From IMG/VR virus record IMGVR_UViG_3300009068_004979: a stretch of 64,000 nucleotides of DNA. One strand, written 5' to 3'. Shown in pieces: positions 29,906 to 39,883 of this stretch. Every line of letters starts with the position of its first letter. The stretch's first letter is position 1. The notes beneath the pieces were generated by a model that did no database searches, was not told the origin of the DNA, and was given only the letters and a program-made list of their open reading frames with translations. This DNA is from a virus. Both the position numbers and the translations under genes were made by a program.

Positions 29906-32900
29906 TTAGAAAAAGTTACTACTAGAGCTAACACTATTATAAACAATATCATTAGCGCTTAAGAATAGTCTTAATCCTTTGCTTAGTTCGTAACTTATTA
30001 GGTTTTGCATGATTCCATTGTTGTCTTGCCATGAGCCAAAAGAGCTAACACTTGGATCCAATGTGTTTAACGGGTCAGTCCAGTTAATTATATTGTCATA
30101 AAAGCTGTTTTCATAAGTTGTATTATATTGATAAAACTTATAATAGTTCTTTATATCTGTACCAGTTAATGACTTAGGTGCTACTAGGCCCCAGCCCCAG
30201 TCATATGCATATGTTGATAGTGGAAGAGTTTGACCAATAGCGTAGCCGCTAATGGCTGCAAAATTTACAACCTGATATTGTTCGGAGAAGGTTTCATATG
30301 CCACAATGGGTATACCAGAAGATATGATGCTTGTTTCTGTGGATAATTCAGCGCCTTTATTTTTACCATAATTAGAATTGGCTACAGTACCACGTTTGTT
30401 AAAGTCGAGATTGTATTTGTTTTGCTCGCCCCATAGTAGCTTGTGTTTTATGGAAAGAATATCTACCAAGCGGCGTAGCTGAGGTGGAAATGGGTAGTTA
30501 TACAACTCAAACTGTATGGATAGTTCTTTGCACATGGAAAGCAATGAATCAAGATTTGCTTTATCCGGATCAGATTTATTGCTTACAAAATTAGCAATCT
30601 TTTCATATATTGTTTTGCCTAGTTCATATGGCTTAGCTGTATTACCACCTACAATTGTTCCCAGAAAATTATTAAAGAATATATTCTTTTCTTGTAAAAC
30701 ATCTTGATAGCGTAATGAGTTGTAATAACCGCGCGCATCAAAATCTTCATTTATTTTTGTAATGTTATACTCTCCTAAATATGGATAAATATTAAAGTAA
30801 CTTGATTCACCTGTTAAGGTACGTATTACTGTGAATGGAATCATGTACTTGTTGATCCATCTGAATCCAATCCAATCACCATAAGCTAAAAATGCACGCT
30901 CTTGGAAGCTTGAGAGCGGATAAGCGGAAAGCTCTGGGGCAAATTGTAGTGGTACTTGATCAATATCTGCTGCAGCTGTTGGTGGAGGCATGAGTGTATC
31001 AAGAAAATACATATTTTGATCAAAATTATTAATTGTCCAGATATAATTTGATGTGTCACATGTCAAACCACCAAAGCTATTAATGTAGCTACTTTGATTT
31101 AATCCTGAGCCCACAGTAAAGTTTGTCATGTTTGTTTGTGTGGCAGATGCACCATCAATGCGTGTAATCGTCTCTCTATCTTGTGCTACCCATGCATTTT
31201 GAGCGCCGTCGATAGTAATATTACCAGTGCGTTTGAACCCTGAAAGAGGAAATCCTGTAGCTAGCACACCATTTTCATCAAACTTATACACATAATCATT
31301 ACACCCTGTTAATGTGTATGCACTTGTATTAAGGTTGATTGCAGTAACCCACACATTACGATTTCTATCAACAACAATTTCTGCGGGTGAAGTTATAAAT
31401 GGAAACGGAATAACTGTTAATAGTGCCCCGTTAGGATCATACTTGGCTAAGAAATTTGAAATTGGATGTGTGTAAGAGATCCAGATATTATTGTTTAAAT
31501 CAGTATCAATGCATGATGGTAGAATAGTGCCTTCACCTGCATACCCACTCAAAGAAGATATATTATAGTCAGCACTCAAATAATAATATATGTTAGTTAG
31601 ATTAGACTCTATAGCTGCTTTTACATAACCACCTTCACCGTCAAATTTTATCGCAGATCCACTATCAAACAGTGTTATCCACAGATCACTATTACCATCA
31701 AGCACAATGCTACTAGGCGCCGCACTGGATAATTCTGGTGATAATAAGTTTCTGTACTGTATTTCATTGCCGCTTAAGACAGGAAATGCTGATAGGTAGA
31801 ATGATGATAAAATATTACCATACACATCCAGCTTGATGAGTGTATCATTTGTTGCATCTGATACCCATGCTTTGTAATCATTGCCAAAGCCTGCACCTGA
31901 TGGCGCAACTGCTATGGCGTAAACATTGCGATTTGGATCGCTTGGAAAGAATGACTGTAGTGCTGAGATATTAACTGAAATTGTTCCTAAACATGAATCA
32001 TAAAGTGATTGCTTGAAGAATCGAGTCAGATAACTATACTGTGGTTGCGCGATCCAGCCAACTAAAGAATCTTTAGGAAAATTAACTGGGTCAATGAGTG
32101 TCATCTGTGCTGTTAGCTTCACATTCATTGTTGATTGTGCTGGAACAAAATATCCTTTATAAAATGCACCAAGAGATTGAGGTGCATCTGGAGTAAAATC
32201 TTCATAAAAAGACACTGCAGTATACGGGTGTGTCCCTGTATTGTCAGTGTATACTAATCCAAATTCCATATTGTAAGACGTGAGTGATGTAAGAGCTGTG
32301 TTTGTAGTAGAAGAAGAGAGAGGTGGGTATGTTTTTGTTGTGAAATTAGCTTCATCTTTTAATCGAATCACAAAAGGGATCTGTGTTTTTTGCCAACTAA
32401 TTTCAGGAATATTAAACAGCGTAGATGATAGTGTACCTTCACCATCTATGCCAGTGGTTGTAATGGACATATTTTGCGCGGGGTTGTGTCGTACTTTGAT
32501 AATGGGCTGTACAGCAGGTGCAATATTCTGAAACCCATATGGTGGATAGTCGATGTAGTCAAATAAATTTGTTCTCTGTGAAAATTCATCTTTGTAGAAT
32601 CTATTATCTAATGTACAAAAAATTAATATGGGTGGCTCTCTGGAAGTAAAATTCTTTACACGATCGTCCACATAGTAAAATTCGCCTGTTCCAGTTGTAC
32701 CTGCAAATTCGCAACCAAGGGTACCTTTGGGTACAACTTGTATTTTGTTATTAATTATTCCAGCGTAAAATTCTGTATTTGTTGTAGAGAGTTTATCTAC
32801 AAGAACATACTGCTCTGTTGCACCAAGCTTTTCTTTAACATAAAATCTGCTTAATGATCTCAAATGAGACCATTTATCGTTCTCAAAATTAACTGAATCT

Positions 32901-33403
32901 TCAAAATCGCCTGCAGCGCCTGATGCATAGAGACCGATTGTATAACCGCCATTGGCGCTCACAGCATTATAAGATTGCCAGCTGGAATAACGATCTATAA
33001 CCAAAGGATCAATAATTCTACTAGCAGGCACGTCATATATAAATTTACCAAAGTCTTTAAATAAAATCTGCTCATGGATAAAATCATATATGTTAATAGT
33101 GGGTTGAAAGGAACTATCATAAGCAAATCCATTGCTGTCATAAACAGTAAGTGTAACTTTATATTGTCCAGGCCATTTATATGTGTGGTAGCCTGTAAGT
33201 ACCGTCGACTGTGTACCATCACCAAAATCCCATTTAATTTTTTTGTTAGAAATCTTATTAGAACCAGAAAGTAAAGAGGACGATGTGAAATCAGGTATGA
33301 ACCGAAGTGGTGTCAAGTCAAGAGTATATGATGATAGTATGCTTGTGCCGCTATAATCTCGCACATCAAAGTACAGATATGTCAAATTCACATTTGAAGC
33401 CAT
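29906..33403 (-). CDS. Baseplate wedge-associated protein (gp7-like position) with PKD and beta-propeller repeats
   Basis: KWDFGDGT..HTYKWPGQYKVTLTV PKD; repeated D...N.W propeller blades; directly follows gp6. Confidence 0.6.
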   Translation of the reverse strand: MASNVNLTYLYFDVRDYSGTSILSSYTLDLTPLRFIPDFTSSSLLSGSNKISNKKIKWDFGDGTQSTVLTGYHTYKWPGQYKVTLTVYDSNGFAYDSSFQPTINIYDFIHEQILFKDFGKFIYDVPASRIIDPLVIDRYSSWQSYNAVSANGGYTIGLYASGAAGDFEDSVNFENDKWSHLRSLSRFYVKEKLGATEQYVLVDKLSTTNTEFYAGIINNKIQVVPKGTLGCEFAGTTGTGEFYYVDDRVKNFTSREPPILIFCTLDNRFYKDEFSQRTNLFDYIDYPPYGFQNIAPAVQPIIKVRHNPAQNMSITTTGIDGEGTLSSTLFNIPEISWQKTQIPFVIRLKDEANFTTKTYPPLSSSTTNTALTSLTSYNMEFGLVYTDNTGTHPYTAVSFYEDFTPDAPQSLGAFYKGYFVPAQSTMNVKLTAQMTLIDPVNFPKDSLVGWIAQPQYSYLTRFFKQSLYDSCLGTISVNISALQSFFPSDPNRNVYAIAVAPSGAGFGNDYKAWVSDATNDTLIKLDVYGNILSSFYLSAFPVLSGNEIQYRNLLSPELSSAAPSSIVLDGNSDLWITLFDSGSAIKFDGEGGYVKAAIESNLTNIYYYLSADYNISSLSGYAGEGTILPSCIDTDLNNNIWISYTHPISNFLAKYDPNGALLTVIPFPFITSPAEIVVDRNRNVWVTAINLNTSAYTLTGCNDYVYKFDENGVLATGFPLSGFKRTGNITIDGAQNAWVAQDRETITRIDGASATQTNMTNFTVGSGLNQSSYINSFGGLTCDTSNYIWTINNFDQNMYFLDTLMPPPTAAADIDQVPLQFAPELSAYPLSSFQERAFLAYGDWIGFRWINKYMIPFTVIRTLTGESSYFNIYPYLGEYNITKINEDFDARGYYNSLRYQDVLQEKNIFFNNFLGTIVGGNTAKPYELGKTIYEKIANFVSNKSDPDKANLDSLLSMCKELSIQFELYNYPFPPQLRRLVDILSIKHKLLWGEQNKYNLDFNKRGTVANSNYGKNKGAELSTETSIISSGIPIVAYETFSEQYQVVNFAAISGYAIGQTLPLSTYAYDWGWGLVAPKSLTGTDIKNYYKFYQYNTTYENSFYDNIINWTDPLNTLDPSVSSFGSWQDNNGIMQNLISYELSKGLRLFLSANDIVYNSVSSSSNFF

Positions 33404-33404
33404 A

Positions 33405-35261
33405 TTAGTATTCCTTTTGTAGTGTCTGGATAGAAGGTGTTACTACTCTTATTTTATTTGTAAAATCTAAAAGGTTATTCAAGAATGGAAACTTAAAATA
33501 CGGTAATTGTATATCTTGAGATGTTACTTGAATATCATCATAAGGGTACACAGGATTATAGATTATAACACTTATGCCTGGTGCTGTATAAGTTGTACCG
33601 TTCTCTACTCTCTTTGTATTAACATCAGTTACACCTTCAAGAGCCAAAATACTATTAGAAATATTTGTTAAGCTAATTAACGAGCCGAGATTATCATTAG
33701 TTGTAGCAAAATACTGTCTAAATATCTCGTAAACCTGCTGTTTGATTGTTTGAGGGTTTCTTTTAGCAGTTACATCACGTGTAATTTCAATATAACTATT
33801 ATCAGAGATGGAAGGGGCCAATGCTTCACCAGGTGCTCTTACACCAACATCCACTGTAACGTAAACAGGATCATTAATAATAGTTTCAGCAGTGGTTAGT
33901 TTAATATTGTAGAGATCATTAGTAATAAGCTGCTTTTGCGCAGCATTGAGGTAATTTGCACGAGTTGTGAGTGATGTTAACTTTTCTAATCTAGGCACTG
34001 CATAGATATAAACATTATTAAAATTACAGGCATCTGCAAATTTTACTTGGTTAAATAGTACTCTCGAATTTAAATTTGGTTTATCAAGACCTAGATCAAA
34101 GAAATACTTTTGATGACCGGAGATGTAATCCCAATTGTTAGCTACTTTTATAGATCCAATAATATTGCTATAATTCCTCTTCACGTAATTTTCATAATCA
34201 TCTGTTGTGATTAAGCGATATTGACTACGAAATGTATTTGTGGCATTATTTTTGATATTAGCTACTGGCTCGCGTGGTGTAAAAGGTGTGGATGGATCAA
34301 TGTTAGAAAATGTAATTTGCTGGACCTGCTGTCTGGAAATAACATTTAAATTAATAGGCGTTGTATCGGTTTTAATTTGATTAAAACGATTAGAGCTAAA
34401 GAAGAATAGTTGATTATTGTTTAATAATCCTGGGCCCACTTCACCTTGCGAGCCGTTGGACTTGAGATAATAAATTGCTACTTCATCTCCAGGGTTAAGT
34501 TTTTTCCCATTTACATTATTGCCAAACTTGATTTCATAGCGCTCATTTTCATTTAATCGAATTTCATATCTGAGTGCATTTGATCTTTCTAAAAATAATG
34601 ATTGTGTCGACGACCACTTTTCCCAAACAGGATTAAGAGCTGTGTTGTCTTTGACATATACTTCTGTATTAAAATGATCAATAGTAATATTATTATTATT
34701 GTTATCGACAACAACCATGGTGATTACTTCAAAGGGTTCACCTGTTGCAATATAAGATGGATACTCGGTAAATATGCCTTGATAGAGCAAATTATTATCT
34801 TGCAAGTCTGTTAGTTGCACAGCACCGCTGTTAGGTTTTGTAAACGTTACATCTTGGTTAAAGGAGTAATAGGTACCGTTAATTGTAAAATACGAATATC
34901 TTGGGATGGTGTATGTTTCAGGAGGCAATTGTTCATTTGCGTTAGCTAAGAAAGTAAGAATTGATGTCTGGTTACCAACGGGGTTATAACCAATCAATTT
35001 AACAATCTTGTTTATGTTTTCGTAAAGCTCAGCAGTAGTAAATGTGCTCTCTGCACCAGTTCTGTTCAAATAAAATAATAATGTATGGTAAGAATAAGCA
35101 ATAATATCAATTATTGCAGAAATATTACTCCCTTCAAAATTTTGATCTGTAAAGATATTGCTCTGATTTAACCGAGAGACAATGAGTCCTTTTAAGCTGA
35201 GAGCATCGAATGCTGCATAGCCATTTGCTGGTAAGCTAAAATCGTTAAATTTTTCTGCCAT
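33405..35261 (-). CDS. gp6: Baseplate wedge subunit, T4 gp6-like
   Basis: FTDQNFEGSNISAIIDIIAY..AES..A...ENI..IVKLIGYNP; YEIKFGN..GKKL; QYRLITTDDYE. Confidence 0.9.
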   Translation of the reverse strand: MAEKFNDFSLPANGYAAFDALSLKGLIVSRLNQSNIFTDQNFEGSNISAIIDIIAYSYHTLLFYLNRTGAESTFTTAELYENINKIVKLIGYNPVGNQTSILTFLANANEQLPPETYTIPRYSYFTINGTYYSFNQDVTFTKPNSGAVQLTDLQDNNLLYQGIFTEYPSYIATGEPFEVITMVVVDNNNNNITIDHFNTEVYVKDNTALNPVWEKWSSTQSLFLERSNALRYEIRLNENERYEIKFGNNVNGKKLNPGDEVAIYYLKSNGSQGEVGPGLLNNNQLFFFSSNRFNQIKTDTTPINLNVISRQQVQQITFSNIDPSTPFTPREPVANIKNNATNTFRSQYRLITTDDYENYVKRNYSNIIGSIKVANNWDYISGHQKYFFDLGLDKPNLNSRVLFNQVKFADACNFNNVYIYAVPRLEKLTSLTTRANYLNAAQKQLITNDLYNIKLTTAETIINDPVYVTVDVGVRAPGEALAPSISDNSYIEITRDVTAKRNPQTIKQQVYEIFRQYFATTNDNLGSLISLTNISNSILALEGVTDVNTKRVENGTTYTAPGISVIIYNPVYPYDDIQVTSQDIQLPYFKFPFLNNLLDFTNKIRVVTPSIQTLQKEY

Positions 35262-35263
35262 AA

Positions 35264-35746
35264 TTAGTTGTTAAAGTTGAATCCTGAATTACTTAATGTG
35301 CCAGCAAGTTGAAAACTAGCGTTATTATTGAGTGTTGGTACTGAAAATCTAAGATTAATAATATACTGCGCATTATCTGGATCTGCAATAACTTCCACAT
35401 TTAATCCTGCAATTCGAGGCTCAAAAACTGTAGTGTTATTGTAAATCATGTTACCAATATCCTGAGCTGTTGTTTCATTTACTTCTTCAAAAATATACTG
35501 AACTAGGTTTAAACCAAACACAGGATTAAGAATCTTCTGACCTGGAATAGTAGTAAACAAATTGTAAAGTGAGTTTCTTATACAGGCATAATCATAATCT
35601 TCCTTTAAATCTCTTATTTCTCTTTTTCTAAGCAGTTCGTTATTAATAGTATAATCAAATTCTAAATCTAACTTTAAATCCTGATAAGTGTAAGTGCTTA
35701 CTGCGACTACAGGTTGTGCTACAGACTGTATTTTAATAGATGCCAC
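35264..35746 (-). CDS. gp25: Baseplate wedge subunit, T4 gp25-like
   Basis: IRNSLYNLFTTIPGQKILNPVFG..FE..FEPRI; GTG start at 35746 chosen from TAAATA spacing. Confidence 0.88.
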   Translation of the reverse strand: MASIKIQSVAQPVVAVSTYTYQDLKLDLEFDYTINNELLRKREIRDLKEDYDYACIRNSLYNLFTTIPGQKILNPVFGLNLVQYIFEEVNETTAQDIGNMIYNNTTVFEPRIAGLNVEVIADPDNAQYIINLRFSVPTLNNNASFQLAGTLSNSGFNFNN

Positions 35747-35751
35747 AAAAG

Positions 35752-35810
35752 TATTTATTTGCAGTTTGTATTTCAAAAACTGTTTTATTTAATACTTTAA
35801 AGCATAAATA
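35752..35810. promoter_or_regulatory. Divergent pair of late boxes (gp25 operon and 35817 gene)
   Basis: TAAATA at 35752-35757 (-, N5 to GTG) and 35805-35810 (+, N6 to ATG). Confidence 0.65.
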
Positions 35811-35816
35811 ATTTAA

Positions 35817-36416
35817 ATGAAGAGAAAATTTACTGTTCTAGTAGAAAACATCACAAGACATGTACATGGCGGATTCCTTGCTGGTGATGTAGTTAAATTT
35901 AAGAAGAATGCATTTAGTCATCGTTTCTTTAAAGAATGCCCTGCAGAATGTGCAGAACAAGCTAAGAAACTCATTGAAAGTGGCGTAAATTTAAGAGCCA
36001 AGAACATTAAAACACTCATGCCTGCAGTTATGGGTGCTGGTAACACTGATAACAATGGGTACAGTTTTTCTGTTGAAGTAACACCTGAAATTGCACCTGG
36101 AAGATATGATATCAATCAGTCTCTCACAGTTCCGCATGATACTCTAGAAAGAGTGGACTATTATCCAAGCTTACCTGAAGTGCCTGAGAAGTTTAAAAGA
36201 GACAACAAGACACAGATCAAGCCAACTGAAGTAAAGGATGAAGCAGAAGAAGTACCTTTTTATTCACCTTTTCGCACCCGTACTTCCGATGCAGGTCATA
36301 AGCAAATTGCCGGAGATCGCACATTGTTGAATCAGAACACAAAGATCCCTGCATCGCCTGCTGAAGGTCAGAAAGACCCAGCTCAATATACAGCTAGATA
36401 TCTTCCTAAGCAGTAA
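35817..36416 (+). CDS. Hypothetical late protein (possible internal head protein)
   Basis: 199 aa ORF with TAAATA-N6-ATG. Confidence 0.55.
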   Translation: MKRKFTVLVENITRHVHGGFLAGDVVKFKKNAFSHRFFKECPAECAEQAKKLIESGVNLRAKNIKTLMPAVMGAGNTDNNGYSFSVEVTPEIAPGRYDINQSLTVPHDTLERVDYYPSLPEVPEKFKRDNKTQIKPTEVKDEAEEVPFYSPFRTRTSDAGHKQIAGDRTLLNQNTKIPASPAEGQKDPAQYTARYLPKQ

Positions 36417-37344
36417 GCTTAGAATCTGCTAAAGCCAATAAGCAGCTGTAACAATTAATTTCATTATCCACAACAAAACTACTTCTGTAGATATATTCTG
36501 ATAACGTTAGCAGATAGTGCTTCTTAAAGTCTAAATTGGTTTCATTGCTATCAATAAAATTAAACAAATTGCGCATTAACGAAACATAGTCATTATTAAA
36601 AGCGCTCTCATTCTCTATAAGAGCTTTGCGCAATTGACCAATATTCTTTTTCTTTATTTCGTTGAAAATGAGTTCAAGAACTTTATCATTCTTTGTATCT
36701 TGCAGCTGCAATGCACCAGAAGATGAATACTTCTGCAGTTCATTGATACACATTCTAAGATCCGGGTATTTTGACTTGATGAATTCAAGTAATTTAGCTT
36801 TCTGATCTTCAGGTATTTCAACTTTTTCTGATTTAAGAACATGCACACAACGCTTCACAACACCTTCAATGGGTGGTGTGAGATCAATGCTCTGACATCT
36901 GCTCTGCAATGCAGGAATGACTCTGTATCTATAATTTGCAGTTAGAATGAAGCGAGTAATTTTAGCAAATTCTTCAATAGTGTTACGCAAAGCGCGTTGC
37001 GCTTCCATGCTAAGACCATCTGTTTCATCTAAAATAATAGCTTTAATTTTACCGTCAATGCTTAATGTTTGAGCAAAGCTTGTAACTTTGGTTCTTATGG
37101 TATCAATGCCATTCTCATCACTTGCGTTAATATACAAGTACTGGCATTCTAAGATATCATTAACAATAATTTTAGCTAATGATGTTTTACCTAGACCAGG
37201 TGTACCAACAAAGAGAAGGTTGGGTATTTCTTTCTTTGCTTTGAAAGAGTTAATATATGATAGATTTTTATCAGATATTACAAATTCTTCTAGCTTGCGC
37301 GGGCGATATTTTTCCACCCAGAGATTATTGAAGTTGTAACTCAT
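36406..37344 (-). CDS. gp44: Clamp loader AAA+ subunit (T4 gp44/RFC-like)
   Basis: LWVEKYRP, GTPGLGKT, NASD, ILDETD, LQSRC, PDLR. Confidence 0.95.
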   Translation of the reverse strand: MSYNFNNLWVEKYRPRKLEEFVISDKNLSYINSFKAKKEIPNLLFVGTPGLGKTSLAKIIVNDILECQYLYINASDENGIDTIRTKVTSFAQTLSIDGKIKAIILDETDGLSMEAQRALRNTIEEFAKITRFILTANYRYRVIPALQSRCQSIDLTPPIEGVVKRCVHVLKSEKVEIPEDQKAKLLEFIKSKYPDLRMCINELQKYSSSGALQLQDTKNDKVLELIFNEIKKKNIGQLRKALIENESAFNNDYVSLMRNLFNFIDSNETNLDFKKHYLLTLSEYIYRSSFVVDNEINCYSCLLALADSKLTA

Positions 37345-37805
37345 TATTTACCAGAAGAACCAAAGCCCTTGTCACCACGATCTGTAGCTTCAACAGTACC
37401 CCATTCAATCTGCATACCTAAGTTAAAGTACACAACAAACTGAGCAATTCTATCGCCCGCTTTTATACCATAATCAGTATCAGTTAAATTGTATAATTTT
37501 ATACCTGCATCACCACGATAGCCGCTGTCAATAATGCCCGGGTGAGCTGTAATGCCGTGCTTGAATCCCAATCCGCTTCGAGATTCAACTTTAATCCAAT
37601 ACCCTTCTGGAATATAAGCAAATTTTAAGCCAACACCCACAACAGCACTACCACGAGCCGGTATCAGTTTATCTTCAATACTATACACATCATATCCTGT
37701 GTCTGATTCATGATTTTTTGATGGTAATTTAGCTAAATCATGTGTTTTCTCAAACTTTAATACAGGCATATACTGCATATTTGGATCTATATCACTATTA
37801 CTCAT
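37344..37805 (-). CDS. dut: Trimeric dUTPase
   Basis: GYDV, RSGLG, GIIDSGYRG, GDRIAQ, RGDKGFGSSG motifs. Confidence 0.95.
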   Translation of the reverse strand: MSNSDIDPNMQYMPVLKFEKTHDLAKLPSKNHESDTGYDVYSIEDKLIPARGSAVVGVGLKFAYIPEGYWIKVESRSGLGFKHGITAHPGIIDSGYRGDAGIKLYNLTDTDYGIKAGDRIAQFVVYFNLGMQIEWGTVEATDRGDKGFGSSGK

Positions 37806-37811
37806 AATATG

Positions 37812-37839
37812 ATTCTATTATATGTTTGAATAAAATCAA
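37812..37839 (-). promoter_or_regulatory. Sigma70-type promoter (dut-gp44)
   Basis: TTGATT-N16-TAGAAT-N6-ATG. Confidence 0.65.
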
Positions 37840-37858
37840 TATCTACTAAATAATTCTA

Positions 37859-38332
37859 ATGAGTGATGAATTAAATGAAATGGTTGGTGATTTATTGGAT
37901 CAATTGAATGATGCTAATAAGAAGGTAGATCAGGTTGCTAAAGAAAAAGATCCTTTGAAGAAAGAGGATTTAGAAAATTTTGTTATTGCTAAAGCTGGTG
38001 AATTAGTCGAACAAAGTTTATCCATGGTTGGCAATGTGAAGGATTACGTATATTCAACACCTGAATCGAAAGATGTGTCTTCGCTTTCTGATCTCATTAA
38101 TGCAACAGCAGCTGCATTAGAAACTTTGAATAAAATAGTTGTTTCAAATAAGAGGAATGAGACAGTAATTAAAGCTAAAGAGATGGACATTAATTCACGC
38201 AAAGATTTGCAAGATGCTGCTACTACAGGTAAAATGTTGGCTACAAGAGAAGATATCTTCAAATTAATTCTAAGTGATGTAAAAGATGCAGAAGTCGTTG
38301 AAGTTAAGAAAATTGAAGATCAATCTCGGTGA
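37859..38332 (+). CDS. Putative terminase small subunit (T4 gp16-like)
   Basis: Helical pattern LVEQSL..STPESKDVSSLSDLI..LETLNK..LATREDIFKLI resembles gp16; TAAATA-N6-ATG. Confidence 0.45.
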   Translation: MSDELNEMVGDLLDQLNDANKKVDQVAKEKDPLKKEDLENFVIAKAGELVEQSLSMVGNVKDYVYSTPESKDVSSLSDLINATAAALETLNKIVVSNKRNETVIKAKEMDINSRKDLQDAATTGKMLATREDIFKLILSDVKDAEVVEVKKIEDQSR

Positions 38333-38910
38333 TTGTCGCACGTGAATAACTGCTTAAAGAAATTCTTGAAAATAGTTTTATAATCAGGCAATAGTCTTTT
38401 AAGTGTTGCACGAATTGAATCTGTATTGAAACTAACCGGGAATTTATATTGACCGGATTTTAATTTGTCTATGAGACCAGGAATATTAATAGTTTGTAGG
38501 AACCCTAGAAGCGGTATATTCACAATAGGCAGTTTAAAGTTACATGCTATATTGGTTAGTCCTCTGACTATGCCGAATAGACCTCCGCCAACAGAAGTAC
38601 CTTGTGTAGCAAAGCCTGCAATGTCTTGAAATGAGCCAGGATCTATGGATGGTAACCCAAGTGGTGCGTTCAGATTAATAATCTCAAGCGGATTTACTTC
38701 AGGCAGTGCCAATGCTTCTTCTTGATACAATAATGTTTGTTCATTATCTAACTGCATTTGTTCTAATGCTGGTGGCTGTTCATCTACGGGAACAATCCAC
38801 TGTGTCTGAGCATCATAATTTCTACTATTTAAGTCTGGTAATTTAGGCAGTGATAATTTCTTTAAAGAAAATTCAGGTATGCTTGAATAAGGATCTGGGT
38901 AGTCTGCCAT
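38320..38910 (-). CDS. Hypothetical Pro/Leu-rich protein in the baseplate hub operon
   Basis: 196 aa ORF tightly coupled to the upstream gene. Confidence 0.5.
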   Translation of the reverse strand: MADYPDPYSSIPEFSLKKLSLPKLPDLNSRNYDAQTQWIVPVDEQPPALEQMQLDNEQTLLYQEEALALPEVNPLEIINLNAPLGLPSIDPGSFQDIAGFATQGTSVGGGLFGIVRGLTNIACNFKLPIVNIPLLGFLQTINIPGLIDKLKSGQYKFPVSFNTDSIRATLKRLLPDYKTIFKNFFKQLFTCDNHRD

Positions 38911-38911
38911 G

Positions 38912-39883
38912 TTATAAAGAAGTATTTAAGAACGTACTATCAATCGACTGTGTTGATAGCTGCGGATCGCTTGTTCTGGGTTGCACTGCCAATGACTGTT
39001 TAATTGTTAATTCAGATCTTACTGATTTTATTTTCTTTTGTAGAACATCTAGTGTTTCGTATATGCCTTCTACATTTTCTTTAAAAGTAATATTGCTTAT
39101 ATACTGTTTATTGACGCTATTTTTTTCATATGCATCCCGTGCATTATAAGCAGTTAAATTATTAATATTGCTAAAGTAATTTACATATGAATAAATTCTT
39201 CCAAAATGTCTTGAAAGTGTTGTTATGAATTGAGGAAGAGCAGTTGTTCTTATTATAAAATGATGCAAATCAGTAATAAGATTCATTTCATGTGGTTGTG
39301 TTGAATCAACAGCAAAACTAAAATCTTCATTTATTTTCTGTATTTTAATTATATTAGTTCTAAAGAGTGTGGTTGTTTTGGAGCTCAAATCATTATTAAT
39401 ATCTTTAGTGATATTGCTTATTTTATTGTTTAATGATGGTGGATATGTTGCGGGTGGTCCGTATTTAGTACAATTGATATCAAAGAAAGGAATAACAGAA
39501 GTATCCAAAAGATATTTTGTATTTGCAAGTAAACCTATGCTATCACTCATTTCATCAAAAAATGATTTACTACCTGATGTATTTTGTATGACAATTTGCT
39601 TAACATCATCTACAGCGTTCTGATATTTTTTAACCCAAAAATATATAAACTCGCTATTGAAGCTTGTGAATCTATTTTGATCCAAGTCAATGAAAAAATT
39701 AGCTAGAGTATTGACTCTGTCACCTTCAGCAGATGAGCGCCAATAATCAATAGCTGCTTTGAATTCATTAACTAATGAGCCAACAACACTTACATATGTG
39801 GTATATGTAGTTAGAAAATCATAAGAATTAGCAACATTGTTAAATACCAATTCTGGTGATACTGATTTAATTAGAGATGTCAT
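38912..39883 (-). CDS. Hypothetical virion protein
   Basis: 323 aa ORF with ATGA overlap to the hub gene. Confidence 0.5.
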   Translation of the reverse strand: MTSLIKSVSPELVFNNVANSYDFLTTYTTYVSVVGSLVNEFKAAIDYWRSSAEGDRVNTLANFFIDLDQNRFTSFNSEFIYFWVKKYQNAVDDVKQIVIQNTSGSKSFFDEMSDSIGLLANTKYLLDTSVIPFFDINCTKYGPPATYPPSLNNKISNITKDINNDLSSKTTTLFRTNIIKIQKINEDFSFAVDSTQPHEMNLITDLHHFIIRTTALPQFITTLSRHFGRIYSYVNYFSNINNLTAYNARDAYEKNSVNKQYISNITFKENVEGIYETLDVLQKKIKSVRSELTIKQSLAVQPRTSDPQLSTQSIDSTFLNTSL

